A stretch of DNA of 64,000 nt, taken from the IMG/VR virus record IMGVR_UViG_3300044838_000071, positions 6,800-70,799 of that record. One strand, given 5' to 3'. The notes below the pieces were generated by a model, which saw only the letters and a list, made by a program, of their open reading frames with translations, did not search any database and was not told the origin of the DNA. Of the stretch, positions 43,052 to 52,840 are shown one piece after another. The position numbers were made by a program, and so were the translations under genes. Source of the DNA: a virus. Within the stretch, counting starts at the first letter, position 1. The number at the start of each line of letters is the position of its first letter.

Positions 43052-46000
43052 ATCTCGATCACCACCACTCCTCCTTCGTCTGGGCCCGCGACGGACCCGA
43101 CCTTGTAGCCAGCAGTGTCGCCCGGCCCGCTGACGGGCTCGAGCACGCCCTTGTCGCCGTCGGAGTTGCGAGGCGACGCGCTGAAGCGCGCACGCACGAC
43201 CTGGTCGGCCGTGACCGTGCGGGCCATCGCCGGCGTCACCGGCTGGCCGATGACGAAGCTCAAGTCGAGTGTCGCTTCGCTGAGTTCGAGGAATTCGGGG
43301 CGGATTTTGACCGTCGAGCCTTCGGCGATCGTGCCGCTGGCGCCGCCCGTTTCGACGCCTTCAAATTTACCGACGACCGTTTTCGCGTATTTGTAGATGG
43401 TCGTGCCGAGCTTGATGAAGCCGTTCGTCGCAGGGAAGCCTTCCGTGCTCTGCACGTTGATCGTGATCGTGCCGCCAAGCGTCACCGGTTTAGTCAGGCG
43501 CGTGTGCAGGTCGGCGACGTCGTTGTAGTGCACTTCGGCGGCGCCGATGCGCAGCCAGCCCGAGCTGCGGAAGCCGTCGATGCTCGAGACCTGCAGCGCC
43601 GTGACGCCGCCCGTCAGCAGTTTCGTCACGGCCGCGGTGAGGACCGTGCCGCCGATCGCCGCCTTGCCCTGCGGTGGGCCGCCTGTGATCAGGCTGTTGT
43701 TGTTGACGACGAGATAGGCGCGGATCAGGTTTTCAGCGAGCGCCGCCTGAGCTTCGGCGTTGAATTCGGGGTTGGGTTCTTCTTCGCCTTCGGGTTCTTC
43801 GGTCGTTTCTTCGGGCACCTCGCCGCCCGACTGCGACACGATCATTTCGTAGGGGATCTGCGCGCTGTTGCCGGAGATCACCGACGCCGGGCCAGCCGGG
43901 TAGCCGCTCGAGCCGGCGATCGGGAACACGCACAGGTCGGTCACGGTCTTACCCGAGGCGATCGCCACGGCGACACCTTCAGAGTTGGTGAAGCCCGTCG
44001 CGCAGCTGACGCCCACCAGGTAGTTGCGGGGCGTCGAGAGCGCCACGCCGATCGCCGCGCCCGGCTTGATCTTGTACGTCGACGCGGCGCCTTTCGTGAG
44101 CGTGCAGCCCGTCAGCGTCTCCATGCTCAGCACGGTGGCCGCGGCGAACGTGCCGTTGCCTTCGGTGACGCCCGTGAGGAAGAATTTGCCGCCGCTCGTT
44201 TCGGTGCCCGTGTACTGGATTTCGGTGTTGCCAAAGCGCAGCCAGCCGCGGGTCGGGAGGTTGGTCAGCGTCGTGACCTCGAGCTTGCCTTTCGCAGCTT
44301 CGGCGAGCGGGAACGCCACCTGCGCCACCAGCGCCGTCGTGACTTCGCTCTTGCCGGTGTAGTGCACTTCGATGTTGCTGGTGCCGGCTGGGCTCGCGCG
44401 CACGACCGGGATCAGCGCCGTGCCTTCGCCGGGGAGCAGCGCATGGGAGCCGACGCCGACGATGGCGGGGATCACGTTGGCGGCCGCTTCCGGGCCGATG
44501 TAGCGCGTTTTCGCTTCCGGTTCGCTGTAGACGCCCTGGTAGTAGCAGGTGACCGTCTTGCCGGCTTCCGGTTCGATCCTGAACGCGCCGCCGTTCGCGG
44601 AGAAGCCCAGCAGCGAGTTGACCTGCGCCGCGCGGAGCAGTTTCGCCTTCGTCGCCACGCCACCTTTCGCGGTGCCGCCGGACAGCCCGCGCAGTTCGGC
44701 GGGGCTGCCTTCGAGCAGCACGACCGCGCCTTTCGGGACGTTCGGCACCGGCATGATCACGTCCGTCAGTTCGGGGAAGCCTTTCACCGTCGTGCCGATC
44801 GGGATGTTGTGCGTGACCGCCCCGACTTCGCCTTCTTTGGCGATGTTCTTGATCAGCGCGACCCCTTCGACGACTTCGGCGGAGGCGTACTGCAGATCCT
44901 GCGTGACGCCGCCGACGACGACGCGCACCGCGCCGAAACGAGCCGGCAGCCCGGCGATGCTCGCAACTTTCATCTGGCGGTCGCCGACTTTGACTTCTGC
45001 CCCCACGGTGGTCGTCGTGGGGATTTCGCTGTTCTTGACGCCGGCGTAGGTCGCCTGCGTGCCAGCGCCGAGGCGCACTAGCCCGAGCGGTTCCTTCAGC
45101 ACGCTCACGCCGTTGCCCTGCTGGAAGTTGGTCAGCGTCGCGGTGAGATCACGCACGAGCCCCGTGAGGCCGCCCTGGAAGCTCAGCGTGATCGTCTGCC
45201 CGAGGATCGACGTGGTGGCACCACCGCTCGCCGCGACGGAGGCGACGGGCAGTTCCTGGCCGGCGGGCCCTTCCGCCTGTTCGACGAACGCCGCGAGTTC
45301 TTCGGCGCTGGTCGTCGGGACGGTGATCGCCGAGCCCGCCGGGTAGGTGCCGGTCCCGCCCGTGACGCCTTCAAAGATGTTGCCGGAGATTTTGGTGTAT
45401 TTGAGCGGTTCGCTGTTGCCGATCTGGATCCAGCCGTTTGTCGCCGGGAAGCCCGCGGTGCTGCTCGCTTCGACGATCCCGCCCGCCGCCGGCAGCGTGT
45501 AGGCACCGAGCGTCTGCGACGGCGGGGGTATGACGCTGACCTTCCTGAACACCTTGATCAGTTCAGTGGTGTAGACGACGCCTTTCCACGTAAACGAGAT
45601 CGTGAATTCGCCTTCCGTCCATTTGCTCGCAGCCTGCCCCGTCAGCTGGAATTTCACCGCTTCGTAGGTCGCGCCGGCGGGGAAGTTCGCCGCGTCGAGG
45701 ATCTGCAGCCGATGGGCGTCCGCCCCGGTTTCGGACGCGAGCGCCGTCGTCGGGATCGGCACGCCCTTTTTGTAGTGGAACAGCGAGCCACCGGCGTAGG
45801 CGACGCCGCCCGTCAGCGGGAAGTCCGCCACGCTCGAGAGGTTCGCCGCTTTGATCTTCTCCGTGTTCATCTGCGCGATCCGCAGGAACAGCGGCGGCGT
45901 GGCACCGGTGCCGAGATCGAGCGGCGCGACGAGCGTCGTGGTCTGTCCGCGTGGGTTCAGCGGCCACTGCACGAGCAGCAGCGACGTGCTCGTTTTGACT

Positions 46001-48399
46001 TCGATGGCTTTCGATCCGGGGTTGGCGACGCCCGTGAATTCCGTCGGCGTGATCCCCGTGTACGTCAGGGTGCCGGCGCCGGTCGTGAATTCGCCCGTCG
46101 GCGGGAAGCCGTTGGTCAGAGCTTTCAGCGTGCCGCCCGAGCTGCCTATGGCGAAGTTCGCCGTCGCGGTCGGTTTCGTCGACACCGTCTGTTCGTCGGC
46201 GGTGCCCGTCCCGAGGTGCGCGAGGCGCGTCAGGATCGTGCTGCGGATCGGCTGCGGCACGACGGCGACGGGCATGTGGAATTCTTCGCCCGGTCCCACG
46301 GTCGCGGACTGCATCGCGAAGCCCTCCGGCAGCGCACCCGGCGAGTCGAAGATCGTCGCGTTGCCGAGCACCGGTCCGACGTTCGGTTCGACGCGAGTGA
46401 CCTTCCGCAGCAGGTCGTATTTCGCGATCGACGTCGGCAGCCCGGGGAGTTCGCCGGGCGCTGGCGCCGGTGGCCCCAGGACCGTGCGGAACGCGAGCTG
46501 TAGACGCGTGCCGCCAGCGTCGAACATGTTCGCCTTGTTGTCTTCCTGGCCGCCGGCGCGCATGAACGGCAGGCCCAGCGCGCGCGCCATCTTCAGCCCT
46601 TCGGTGATGTCTCCGAAGTCACAGTGGTTGACGGTGCCCGACGCGCGCACGCAGCAGCCGGTGCCCGGTTCAAAGCCCGAGTTGGTGAACAGGTGGCCGT
46701 CGACGGTGAGCTCGCTGATCCCGCCGCACTTCACGATCGCGTCCGACGGCTGCGTGACGTCGCCTCTGACGCGCCCTCCGAGTGGCCCCGTGCCACCGGA
46801 GGAGACCAGGGTGTCTTTGACCTTCACTTTCAGGATTTTGCTTTCCATCGAGTCGTCGACGAACACGCCGCGCGCCGGTTCCTCGATCGTGACGCGGTCG
46901 AGCTGCACGCCGGCCATGAACGTCTCGCCGTTCTGTTCGCACGCCGCCTTGTAGATGCACGGGCCGTTGCTGAAGCCCCAGTGGCCGAGGACGAACGACG
47001 TGCCACCGATCGCGGCACCCGGCTCGACGTATCCTGCGCAGAAGCCGGACACCATCGCGCAGTTGTAGACGAGGATGTTGCCGCCGCCTTTTTTGAACGT
47101 CGCCCAGCGGAGCTTCGCCCAGCCGCCGATGTCCGTTTCAAAGATCGTGAAGTGGTCGCAGTCGAGCAGGATGCCGCTCGCAACGGCGCCATAGACTTTC
47201 GACTTCCAGATGCTCCCCGGCCCGGCCGCGAGCACCAGATCGATCAGGTTCGGTACCTGCTTGGTCGTCGTGCGAAGGTTCGGCGCCGCGTCCTGCGTCG
47301 TGACCTCGACCGAGTCGAGCACCTTGACCGCTTTCGAGGCGGCCGTGAACTTGTTGAGCGCGATCCCGTAGCCGCGGCTGTTGCTGTTCGCCTTTTCGAG
47401 CGGGCCGATCGCGTTGCAGCCTTTGGCGAGCAGGAACGTCAGCTCGTTGTGGCCGCGTCGCCCGTGCACGGAGGTGTTCTTCGGCAGGTGCAGGTGCGCG
47501 TAGACCTTGTTGTACGGCGACGCGAAGCCCGTGTATTCGCGCAACGTGCGCCCGAGTGATTCCAGCGCGACGTTGCCCAGCAGCACATCGCCTGGGTCAC
47601 CCGAGATGCTGCTCGTCGCACCGTCGCGCGTTTCACCGGCGTGGTCAGCGGCGGCCTGGCACTTCGCGCTCTGGTCGCCGTTTTCGGTCCCGACCTGCAC
47701 GCCGTGCTCCTGCAGCCAGACGCTCTCATGGCGCAGCGTGATCCCGAGATTCGTCCATTTCGCGGGATCCCACGCGGCTTTCGCGGCGATGTCTTCGTTC
47801 GCTTCCCAGATCAGACCTTCGCGTTCGACGATCGCTCTCTTGCGCCACGCGTGCGTGCTCGTCCACGTCGCCGGATGCTTGACCGCCGGCACGAGGCCCT
47901 GCAGCGACCAGCCCTCGTTGACGCCGGTGCCGAACGTCGCACCCGTCGTGAACGACGTGCCGGTCGTCGGGTTGGCCATCAGCGTTTCCCCGGCGTGGGT
48001 GCGCACTTCGCCGGCGTTGACGACTTCTTCCGGTTTCCATTCCGGCGGGATTGGTGCGGCGGCAGCGAGCTGAGAGGTCTTCCTGAAGCCGCGCAGCAGC
48101 CCCTCCGTCGTGCCACCGAAGATCGCGTCGCCGGCTTTGATGTTGCGGGCCGCGCTGTTCTCGGCCTGCCGTTCGACGGTCAGTTTGTCGCCGGCGACCG
48201 CGATCACCGTCACGACCTCAGCGTTGCCGGGCGTAGCCGGTTCGCCGGTCGGCCGCACCGTGGCCACGTACGGTGGCCCGCTCGCTGGCGGCGTGCCCGC
48301 GAAGCGAGCTCCCTGCCCGGCCTGCACTTCGATGATGAGGCCGGCGGCGCCGGGGTTGTTGGCGACGGCGCCGACCGAGAAGTTGGGAGCGCCAGGCAT
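43048..48399 (-). CDS. large fibre/spike protein (1783 aa): CBM-like, beta-helix-like and repeated beta modules
   Basis: N-terminal EVVTV..V.GD.LTVER..E motif; repeated V.S..GFP..G.I.IG...Y...F.GV units. Confidence 0.75.
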   Translation of the reverse strand: MPGAPNFSVGAVANNPGAAGLIIEVQAGQGARFAGTPPASGPPYVATVRPTGEPATPGNAEVVTVIAVAGDKLTVERQAENSAARNIKAGDAIFGGTTEGLLRGFRKTSQLAAAAPIPPEWKPEEVVNAGEVRTHAGETLMANPTTGTSFTTGATFGTGVNEGWSLQGLVPAVKHPATWTSTHAWRKRAIVEREGLIWEANEDIAAKAAWDPAKWTNLGITLRHESVWLQEHGVQVGTENGDQSAKCQAAADHAGETRDGATSSISGDPGDVLLGNVALESLGRTLREYTGFASPYNKVYAHLHLPKNTSVHGRRGHNELTFLLAKGCNAIGPLEKANSNSRGYGIALNKFTAASKAVKVLDSVEVTTQDAAPNLRTTTKQVPNLIDLVLAAGPGSIWKSKVYGAVASGILLDCDHFTIFETDIGGWAKLRWATFKKGGGNILVYNCAMVSGFCAGYVEPGAAIGGTSFVLGHWGFSNGPCIYKAACEQNGETFMAGVQLDRVTIEEPARGVFVDDSMESKILKVKVKDTLVSSGGTGPLGGRVRGDVTQPSDAIVKCGGISELTVDGHLFTNSGFEPGTGCCVRASGTVNHCDFGDITEGLKMARALGLPFMRAGGQEDNKANMFDAGGTRLQLAFRTVLGPPAPAPGELPGLPTSIAKYDLLRKVTRVEPNVGPVLGNATIFDSPGALPEGFAMQSATVGPGEEFHMPVAVVPQPIRSTILTRLAHLGTGTADEQTVSTKPTATANFAIGSSGGTLKALTNGFPPTGEFTTGAGTLTYTGITPTEFTGVANPGSKAIEVKTSTSLLLVQWPLNPRGQTTTLVAPLDLGTGATPPLFLRIAQMNTEKIKAANLSSVADFPLTGGVAYAGGSLFHYKKGVPIPTTALASETGADAHRLQILDAANFPAGATYEAVKFQLTGQAASKWTEGEFTISFTWKGVVYTTELIKVFRKVSVIPPPSQTLGAYTLPAAGGIVEASSTAGFPATNGWIQIGNSEPLKYTKISGNIFEGVTGGTGTYPAGSAITVPTTSAEELAAFVEQAEGPAGQELPVASVAASGGATTSILGQTITLSFQGGLTGLVRDLTATLTNFQQGNGVSVLKEPLGLVRLGAGTQATYAGVKNSEIPTTTTVGAEVKVGDRQMKVASIAGLPARFGAVRVVVGGVTQDLQYASAEVVEGVALIKNIAKEGEVGAVTHNIPIGTTVKGFPELTDVIMPVPNVPKGAVVLLEGSPAELRGLSGGTAKGGVATKAKLLRAAQVNSLLGFSANGGAFRIEPEAGKTVTCYYQGVYSEPEAKTRYIGPEAAANVIPAIVGVGSHALLPGEGTALIPVVRASPAGTSNIEVHYTGKSEVTTALVAQVAFPLAEAAKGKLEVTTLTNLPTRGWLRFGNTEIQYTGTETSGGKFFLTGVTEGNGTFAAATVLSMETLTGCTLTKGAASTYKIKPGAAIGVALSTPRNYLVGVSCATGFTNSEGVAVAIASGKTVTDLCVFPIAGSSGYPAGPASVISGNSAQIPYEMIVSQSGGEVPEETTEEPEGEEEPNPEFNAEAQAALAENLIRAYLVVNNNSLITGGPPQGKAAIGGTVLTAAVTKLLTGGVTALQVSSIDGFRSSGWLRIGAAEVHYNDVADLHTRLTKPVTLGGTITINVQSTEGFPATNGFIKLGTTIYKYAKTVVGKFEGVETGGASGTIAEGSTVKIRPEFLELSEATLDLSFVIGQPVTPAMARTVTADQVVRARFSASPRNSDGDKGVLEPVSGPGDTAGYKVGSVAGPDEGGVVVIEI

Positions 48400-48866
48400 C
48401 AGCGTCCCCCTTCGCTCGAGCGGATGTCGCCGACACCGGCGTTCTGCGGCATCGTGAACTGGTCGCGCGTGAACGGCGACTGCACGCGGTCGGGGTCATC
48501 TCGCCGCGCCTGCTTCTCCGACAGGCTGAGGCCGCCGGCCCATGGCGCGTGCATGCTCGCCGCGCGACTGCGAGCTTCCTTGGCACGTTCCGCGTAGACC
48601 TTCGCCTGCTTGCTGTATGTCGTCTGCAGGACGCCGATCTGCTCGTCGGCCTGCATCGCGAACAGCCGCGCGAGCGATTCCATGCACCGCGCGACTGCCG
48701 AGAGCACTTCACCCTCGCTAGGCGGAGAACCCGGCGCCTCCCTCGAGATCGCGTACTCGACCTCTTCGTCCGTCAGGAGGGGCGCCGCCGAGTTCGTGTC
48801 CGAGATCTCGAAGCGCACAGCGTCGAGGACGCTGCTCGCCGGGTTTCCGCTGTAGCTAAACGCGAT
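48399..48866 (-). CDS. head-tail adaptor; probable ATC start
   Basis: (M)AFSYSGNP...DAVRF.I.DT....LL.DEE; GGAGGTGA-N6-ATC with in-frame stop upstream. Confidence 0.8.
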   Translation of the reverse strand: MAFSYSGNPASSVLDAVRFEISDTNSAAPLLTDEEVEYAISREAPGSPPSEGEVLSAVARCMESLARLFAMQADEQIGVLQTTYSKQAKVYAERAKEARSRAASMHAPWAGGLSLSEKQARRDDPDRVQSPFTRDQFTMPQNAGVGDIRSSEGGR

Positions 48867-48872
48867 GGCCGC

Positions 48873-49355
48873 TCACCTCCCCCGCTTTGTAAGGGTCCGC
48901 ATTGCCGCATAGATCCGCTGCCGCTCGGCTAGTACGGCATCACTGATGCGGTTATTGCCAAGCACGATCGTCGCTCGCATCTCAAGCGCGAGATCGGCCA
49001 CTTCACGCTTTATGACCAGGTAGGGCAGCGCGATTCGTAGAACGGCCTCTGCACGACGCGACTCAAGCTGCCAGTGGTGTAGCGGCTTGCACTTCTGATC
49101 GCGATAACGATGGCAGCCAGTATTGCCAGGCCACCGTGCCTGAAGCCACCCTATAAGCCGCTGGTCAGTATTAGCGACCCGCAGCACCAATGAGTAGTGT
49201 CGGGCGGACTTTGTGTCCGTCCGGTGGCGGAGCCCGATGTAGCCCTCGCCGTCGATGATCCCGGCGAGATATGCGAGCTCGACTCGTGCCGAGCCCTGGG
49301 ACGCCGGGGAAGGCGTCACCAGGGCGCAACTTGGCACGGGTTCTGGACAGGCCAT
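48873..49355 (-). CDS. LAGLIDADG homing endonuclease (single motif)
   Basis: LAYLAGIIDGEGYI...NTD...PYLVIKR. Confidence 0.92.
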   Translation of the reverse strand: MACPEPVPSCALVTPSPASQGSARVELAYLAGIIDGEGYIGLRHRTDTKSARHYSLVLRVANTDQRLIGWLQARWPGNTGCHRYRDQKCKPLHHWQLESRRAEAVLRIALPYLVIKREVADLALEMRATIVLGNNRISDAVLAERQRIYAAMRTLTKRGR

Positions 49356-49367
49356 CTACCTATCCGA

Positions 49368-49691
49368 TCAGGACTCGTCCGACTCTGATTTGCCTGCCTC
49401 GGATTTGCCGGCACCGGTCACTGCGACGGTGCTGGGCGCCGACCGTTTGGCTTCGGCGCCTGCCGGCTTCGCCTTCGACCGGCGAGAACGCGAGCGTGAC
49501 CGCGCTTTCGCCGGTTTGCTGGCTTTCGCTGCGGGCCTGCTGGCTTTCGCTGCCTTGGGCGCGCTCCCGACCTCGGCGACGTGACCGAGCCGCTGCATCA
49601 GCCCGTAGTCCCGGCCCTCTTCGACCGGGACCTCATCGCCGGGTTCGAGCCACGCATCCCCGACCTTGATCCGCTGCAGCGCAACGAACAT
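49368..49691 (-). CDS. small capsid-associated protein with basic tail
   Basis: Directly after capsid gene; LEPGDEV...L.R.G.V motif. Confidence 0.65.
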   Translation of the reverse strand: MFVALQRIKVGDAWLEPGDEVPVEEGRDYGLMQRLGHVAEVGSAPKAAKASRPAAKASKPAKARSRSRSRRSKAKPAGAEAKRSAPSTVAVTGAGKSEAGKSESDES

Positions 49692-49693
49692 CG

Positions 49694-50677
49694 CTACGCC
49701 ACCGCTTTTTCAAAGAACTGCCCGAGGTCCGACGCGACGATCTGCACGTCGTAGGCAGCCCGGATCTGCAGGATGTCCGAGTGCGCCAGCTCTTCGCGGC
49801 CACGCTCGATCACCCCACCGAACGCGTTTGTGAGGCCGGGAAGCAGCCCGGTCCACGCGAACGTGTAGCCCGCCGAGGGCTCTTCGAGGCTCGGCGCCGG
49901 TGCGGAGTAGACCATCAGCATGCTCTTGCTGCCGACGAGGAAGTCGATCGAGTCGGCTTCGCCCTCCGCAGCGCTGTTGATCACGCCATAGGGCACCAGG
50001 ACCCTGTCAAACCCGAACAGCTCGGCCAGGAGCTCGACCGTCAGCACACCGCGCTGCGTGTACTTGATCCGGTCGGTGATAGCCGAGTGGTTCTCCAGCA
50101 CGTCGACGACATCCGGGCCCAGCACGAGCGTGTTGGGCATGAAGCCCGTCGCGCGCGCCATTTCCGTACGCCGTTTTTTGAAGAACGAGATCGGTTCCGA
50201 GCCCGACTGGTCGAACTGCAGGAATTTTTTGGCAGTCGCGCCCGAGGACACGCCTTCCCAGTCGGCGCTCCACACGCCCGTTTTGTAGTACTTTTCCGCC
50301 CACATCCGGTCACGGCGGATCAGCGCTTGGGTCGTGAGGAGGCGCATCCCTGCACGGTCCGGCTCGAACACCGAGTCAGCGTTCGCCCGCACACGGTCAT
50401 CGATCGCGTGCTCAAGGCCCCACTCCTCAGCGTTGTACCGGCCCTTGTCGACTTCGTAGCCTGCCCGCGGCGGCCGTCCACCGAGCGGGCGCACTTTGAG
50501 CTCGTCCCTGAAGAACGCGCCTTTCTTGTAGATCGCGTAGAAGTTGGATTCCTTCAGCACCGGCACGGTCGGGAAGACCTTGTCGGCGATGAAGTTCGCC
50601 TGCTTCTGCGCGTACGCCACACTGATCTCCGTCAGATAGGTATCGATGTGTAGCGCTGGGGGTGTGACATCAGGCAT
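49694..50677 (-). CDS. major capsid protein (lambda gpE-like family)
   Basis: HID.YLT.ISVAY...FIAD.VFP.VPV...PNTLVLG...PSAGYTF; AAAGGAG RBS. Confidence 0.92.
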   Translation of the reverse strand: MPDVTPPALHIDTYLTEISVAYAQKQANFIADKVFPTVPVLKESNFYAIYKKGAFFRDELKVRPLGGRPPRAGYEVDKGRYNAEEWGLEHAIDDRVRANADSVFEPDRAGMRLLTTQALIRRDRMWAEKYYKTGVWSADWEGVSSGATAKKFLQFDQSGSEPISFFKKRRTEMARATGFMPNTLVLGPDVVDVLENHSAITDRIKYTQRGVLTVELLAELFGFDRVLVPYGVINSAAEGEADSIDFLVGSKSMLMVYSAPAPSLEEPSAGYTFAWTGLLPGLTNAFGGVIERGREELAHSDILQIRAAYDVQIVASDLGQFFEKAVA

Positions 50678-50711
50678 TGCAGTCTCCTTTCAGATCATCC
50701 TGAGCCTGCGC

Positions 50712-51077
50712 CTAAGCCTTGGCCCCAGTTCCAGCGTGGATAAGCACCGGCACGTACGACCCAGCTTTGCCCGTTTCGAGCGCCTGGCCGAGGATGAACT
50801 GCCCCGACGCAGCGGGCTGGATCGTGCCGTCGTTCTTCGGCGCCACGAATTCGCCCTCTTTCACTTCGGTGCCGACCTTCACCTTCGCGACACCGCCGAG
50901 AGCGACCGTGCCGTGGAGGTTTTCCTTCGGGTTGTCGATCAGGACCACGCCGACATCGCCCGACGCCGCAGCGACGATCGTGTCCGACGAGGTGATCTTG
51001 ACCACCGTGTACTGCTTTGCTGAGAGATCTGCGCCGGCCTTGAAGGTCCACCGCAGAGTCACCTTGTCAACTGCCAT
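50712..51077 (-). CDS. capsid cement/decoration protein (DUF2190-like)
   Basis: AGADLSAKQY..VK...GV....P...G.AKV...G.ALE. Confidence 0.85.
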   Translation of the reverse strand: MAVDKVTLRWTFKAGADLSAKQYTVVKITSSDTIVAAASGDVGVVLIDNPKENLHGTVALGGVAKVKVGTEVKEGEFVAPKNDGTIQPAASGQFILGQALETGKAGSYVPVLIHAGTGAKA

Positions 51078-51112
51078 GTGCTCTCACGTCCTTTCTGCTG
51101 GTCGTTGTGGAC

Positions 51113-51979
51113 CTAGCGGCGAATCTCGCCCGCGTACTCGCGCTCGAGGTCGGGGTTGTCCTGCATGGCCTTGTCCAGCGCCTCGGCTGCGCTGAGGCTC
51201 GAGTCGCTCTTGCGCAGCTCCTCGGCCTTGCTCTGCAGCTTCGACAGCGCGTCCGTGCCGGAGCCCGGAGCGGTGCTCGCGCCGACCTCCTTGAACAGGT
51301 CGCTGCGGCGGATCTGCTCGTCGGCCGCCTTGAGGATCCTGTTCAGCTCCTCGTTCTGCTCCTTGGTCAGCGGCACGCCCTCGTCGGCGCTCTTGAGAAT
51401 CGGGCCGAGCGTGACGGCCTGCGCCGGCAAGGCGCGCAGCTCCTCGGCCTTGCTGATGAACTCGCGGGTGACACGCTGGTTGCGCTCCGCCTTCGCGAGC
51501 TCGTCAGCGGCCTCCGCCTGCTTCTCTGCCTTCGTCAGACGCTCGGCCAGGGCCGCGTTGTCCGACTCCGCCTTCTCGAGCGCGGCACGAGCCTCGGGCG
51601 AGAGGTCCTCCTTTTTCACCGGGGGCTTCTTGGGGTCGGTGGTGTCGTCCTTGTCGCCACCTTCACCCGGCGATTTCGCTGCGGCCTTGGCCAGCGCCTC
51701 GTCGCGCTCCTTCTCGACCTTCTCGACGGCAGCTTTCGCTGCATCGCGGGCCTCTTCGGCCTCCTTCTTCTCGCGCTCGGACTTCTCGAGCTCCGCGCGC
51801 AGCTCCTCTGCACTCTTCTCCATGTGATCGCCTCCTTTGGCGGTCGTTGGTAGCTCGGCCCCCTCGCGCTTCCAGACCAGGAAGCGCCTCGGCTCCGACT
51901 TGTGTTGGGGATCGCGCACGGCGGCCCGATCAACGAGACTCACGTAATCGACCGTGAGGTCCTGCAAACGGTTTGGCAT
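51113..51979 (-). CDS. scaffolding protein with conserved N-terminal peptide; internal start at 51823
   Basis: L.DL.V.YVSLVDRAA...FLVWK then Glu/Lys/Ala coiled coil; AAAGGAGG before ATG 51823. Confidence 0.8.
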   Translation of the reverse strand: MPNRLQDLTVDYVSLVDRAAVRDPQHKSEPRRFLVWKREGAELPTTAKGGDHMEKSAEELRAELEKSEREKKEAEEARDAAKAAVEKVEKERDEALAKAAAKSPGEGGDKDDTTDPKKPPVKKEDLSPEARAALEKAESDNAALAERLTKAEKQAEAADELAKAERNQRVTREFISKAEELRALPAQAVTLGPILKSADEGVPLTKEQNEELNRILKAADEQIRRSDLFKEVGASTAPGSGTDALSKLQSKAEELRKSDSSLSAAEALDKAMQDNPDLEREYAGEIRR

Positions 51980-52010
51980 GCGTTCCTCCTCGCGGGCACC
52001 CATCGCCCGT

Positions 52011-52027
52011 GGGTCGTTTAGACTCGG
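52011..52027 (+). promoter_or_regulatory. 17-bp promoter-like repeat, copy A
   Basis: GGGTCGTTTAGACTCGG; contains TAGACT. Confidence 0.6.
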
Positions 52028-52034
52028 AGGCACG

Positions 52035-52073
52035 AAAAGGTGCCCCCGCGCGAGGTCAGAATCGCCGGGGGCA
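52035..52073 (-). terminator. hairpin with U-tract on minus strand
   Basis: TGCCCCCG/CGGGGGCA stem; CCTTTT follows on minus strand. Confidence 0.5.
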
Positions 52074-52100
52074 GGCCACACCTAACTAGGAGGTGCGACG

Positions 52101-52580
52101 GTGCCGAAGGGTATCTATCCTCGTAAGCGTAAGTACGGCGATCCAGCCAAACGCTTCTGGCCGAAGGTCAATAGGGACGGTCCTATACCCGTCACGCGCC
52201 CGGACCTTGGTCGATGCTGGCTCTGGACCGGCTGTCTCTCCAAGGGCTATGGACAATTGAAGGTCAGTGGCCGTGCGATTCGGGCTTACCGCTTCGCCTA
52301 CGAGCTACTGATCGGGCCGATTCCAGATGGCCTAGAGCCCGATCATCTCTGCCGCAACATCGCCTGCGTGAATCCGCACCATCTGGAGCTGGTTACACAC
52401 CGTGAGAACGTCCTGCGGGGCGACAGCCCATCCGCACACGCTGCCCGTAAGACACATTGCGCGCGGGGTCACGCGTTCGACATGAGCAACACCCTGATCC
52501 GACCCGATGGCTCACGCCAATGTCGAACCTGTCGACGCGAGCGCAACCGACGGCCTACCCGGAGGGCGCTCCACCGTTGA
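52101..52580 (+). CDS. HNH homing endonuclease with Zn finger (antisense)
   Basis: RFWPKV...CWLWTG...GYG...DHLCRN..CVNP.HLE...THC.RGH...RQCRTC. Confidence 0.92.
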   Translation: MPKGIYPRKRKYGDPAKRFWPKVNRDGPIPVTRPDLGRCWLWTGCLSKGYGQLKVSGRAIRAYRFAYELLIGPIPDGLEPDHLCRNIACVNPHHLELVTHRENVLRGDSPSAHAARKTHCARGHAFDMSNTLIRPDGSRQCRTCRRERNRRPTRRALHR

Positions 52581-52821
52581 CTCGCGCTTGGCCGCCCGGC
52601 ACCACGATCCTTCGGCCGGCGGCTTGGCGTGCAGTTGCTACTCGAAGCTCCTCGTCGGAGACGGCGAGAGCCTTCGAGATTTCGTCGCATCCCTGTGTGG
52701 GGAGCGGGATGCGGAAGATGTTGTCGCCGACCGTGACGATGAGGTTGCGGTGGATGAACTCACCGTCGCCCTCCGCGAGGCTCACCGGCCCGCGCAGCAC
52801 GTGTTCAATCTCGCCAAGCAT
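52555..52821 (-). CDS. hypothetical protein
   Basis: AAGGGAG RBS. Confidence 0.55.
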   Translation of the reverse strand: MLGEIEHVLRGPVSLAEGDGEFIHRNLIVTVGDNIFRIPLPTQGCDEISKALAVSDEELRVATARQAAGRRIVVPGGQARVNGGAPSG

Positions 52822-52840
52822 GGCGTTCTCCCTTCGTGTT

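Noticed and set aside
32651-47559. Long plus-strand ORFs (e.g. 32651-34138, 43504-45081, 45851-46954)
   Set aside because: Antisense shadows of high-GC3 genes with no motifs or RBS.
48866-49370. Group I intron around the LAGLIDADG gene
   Set aside because: Flanks are only a few bases and the neighbours are intact separate genes.
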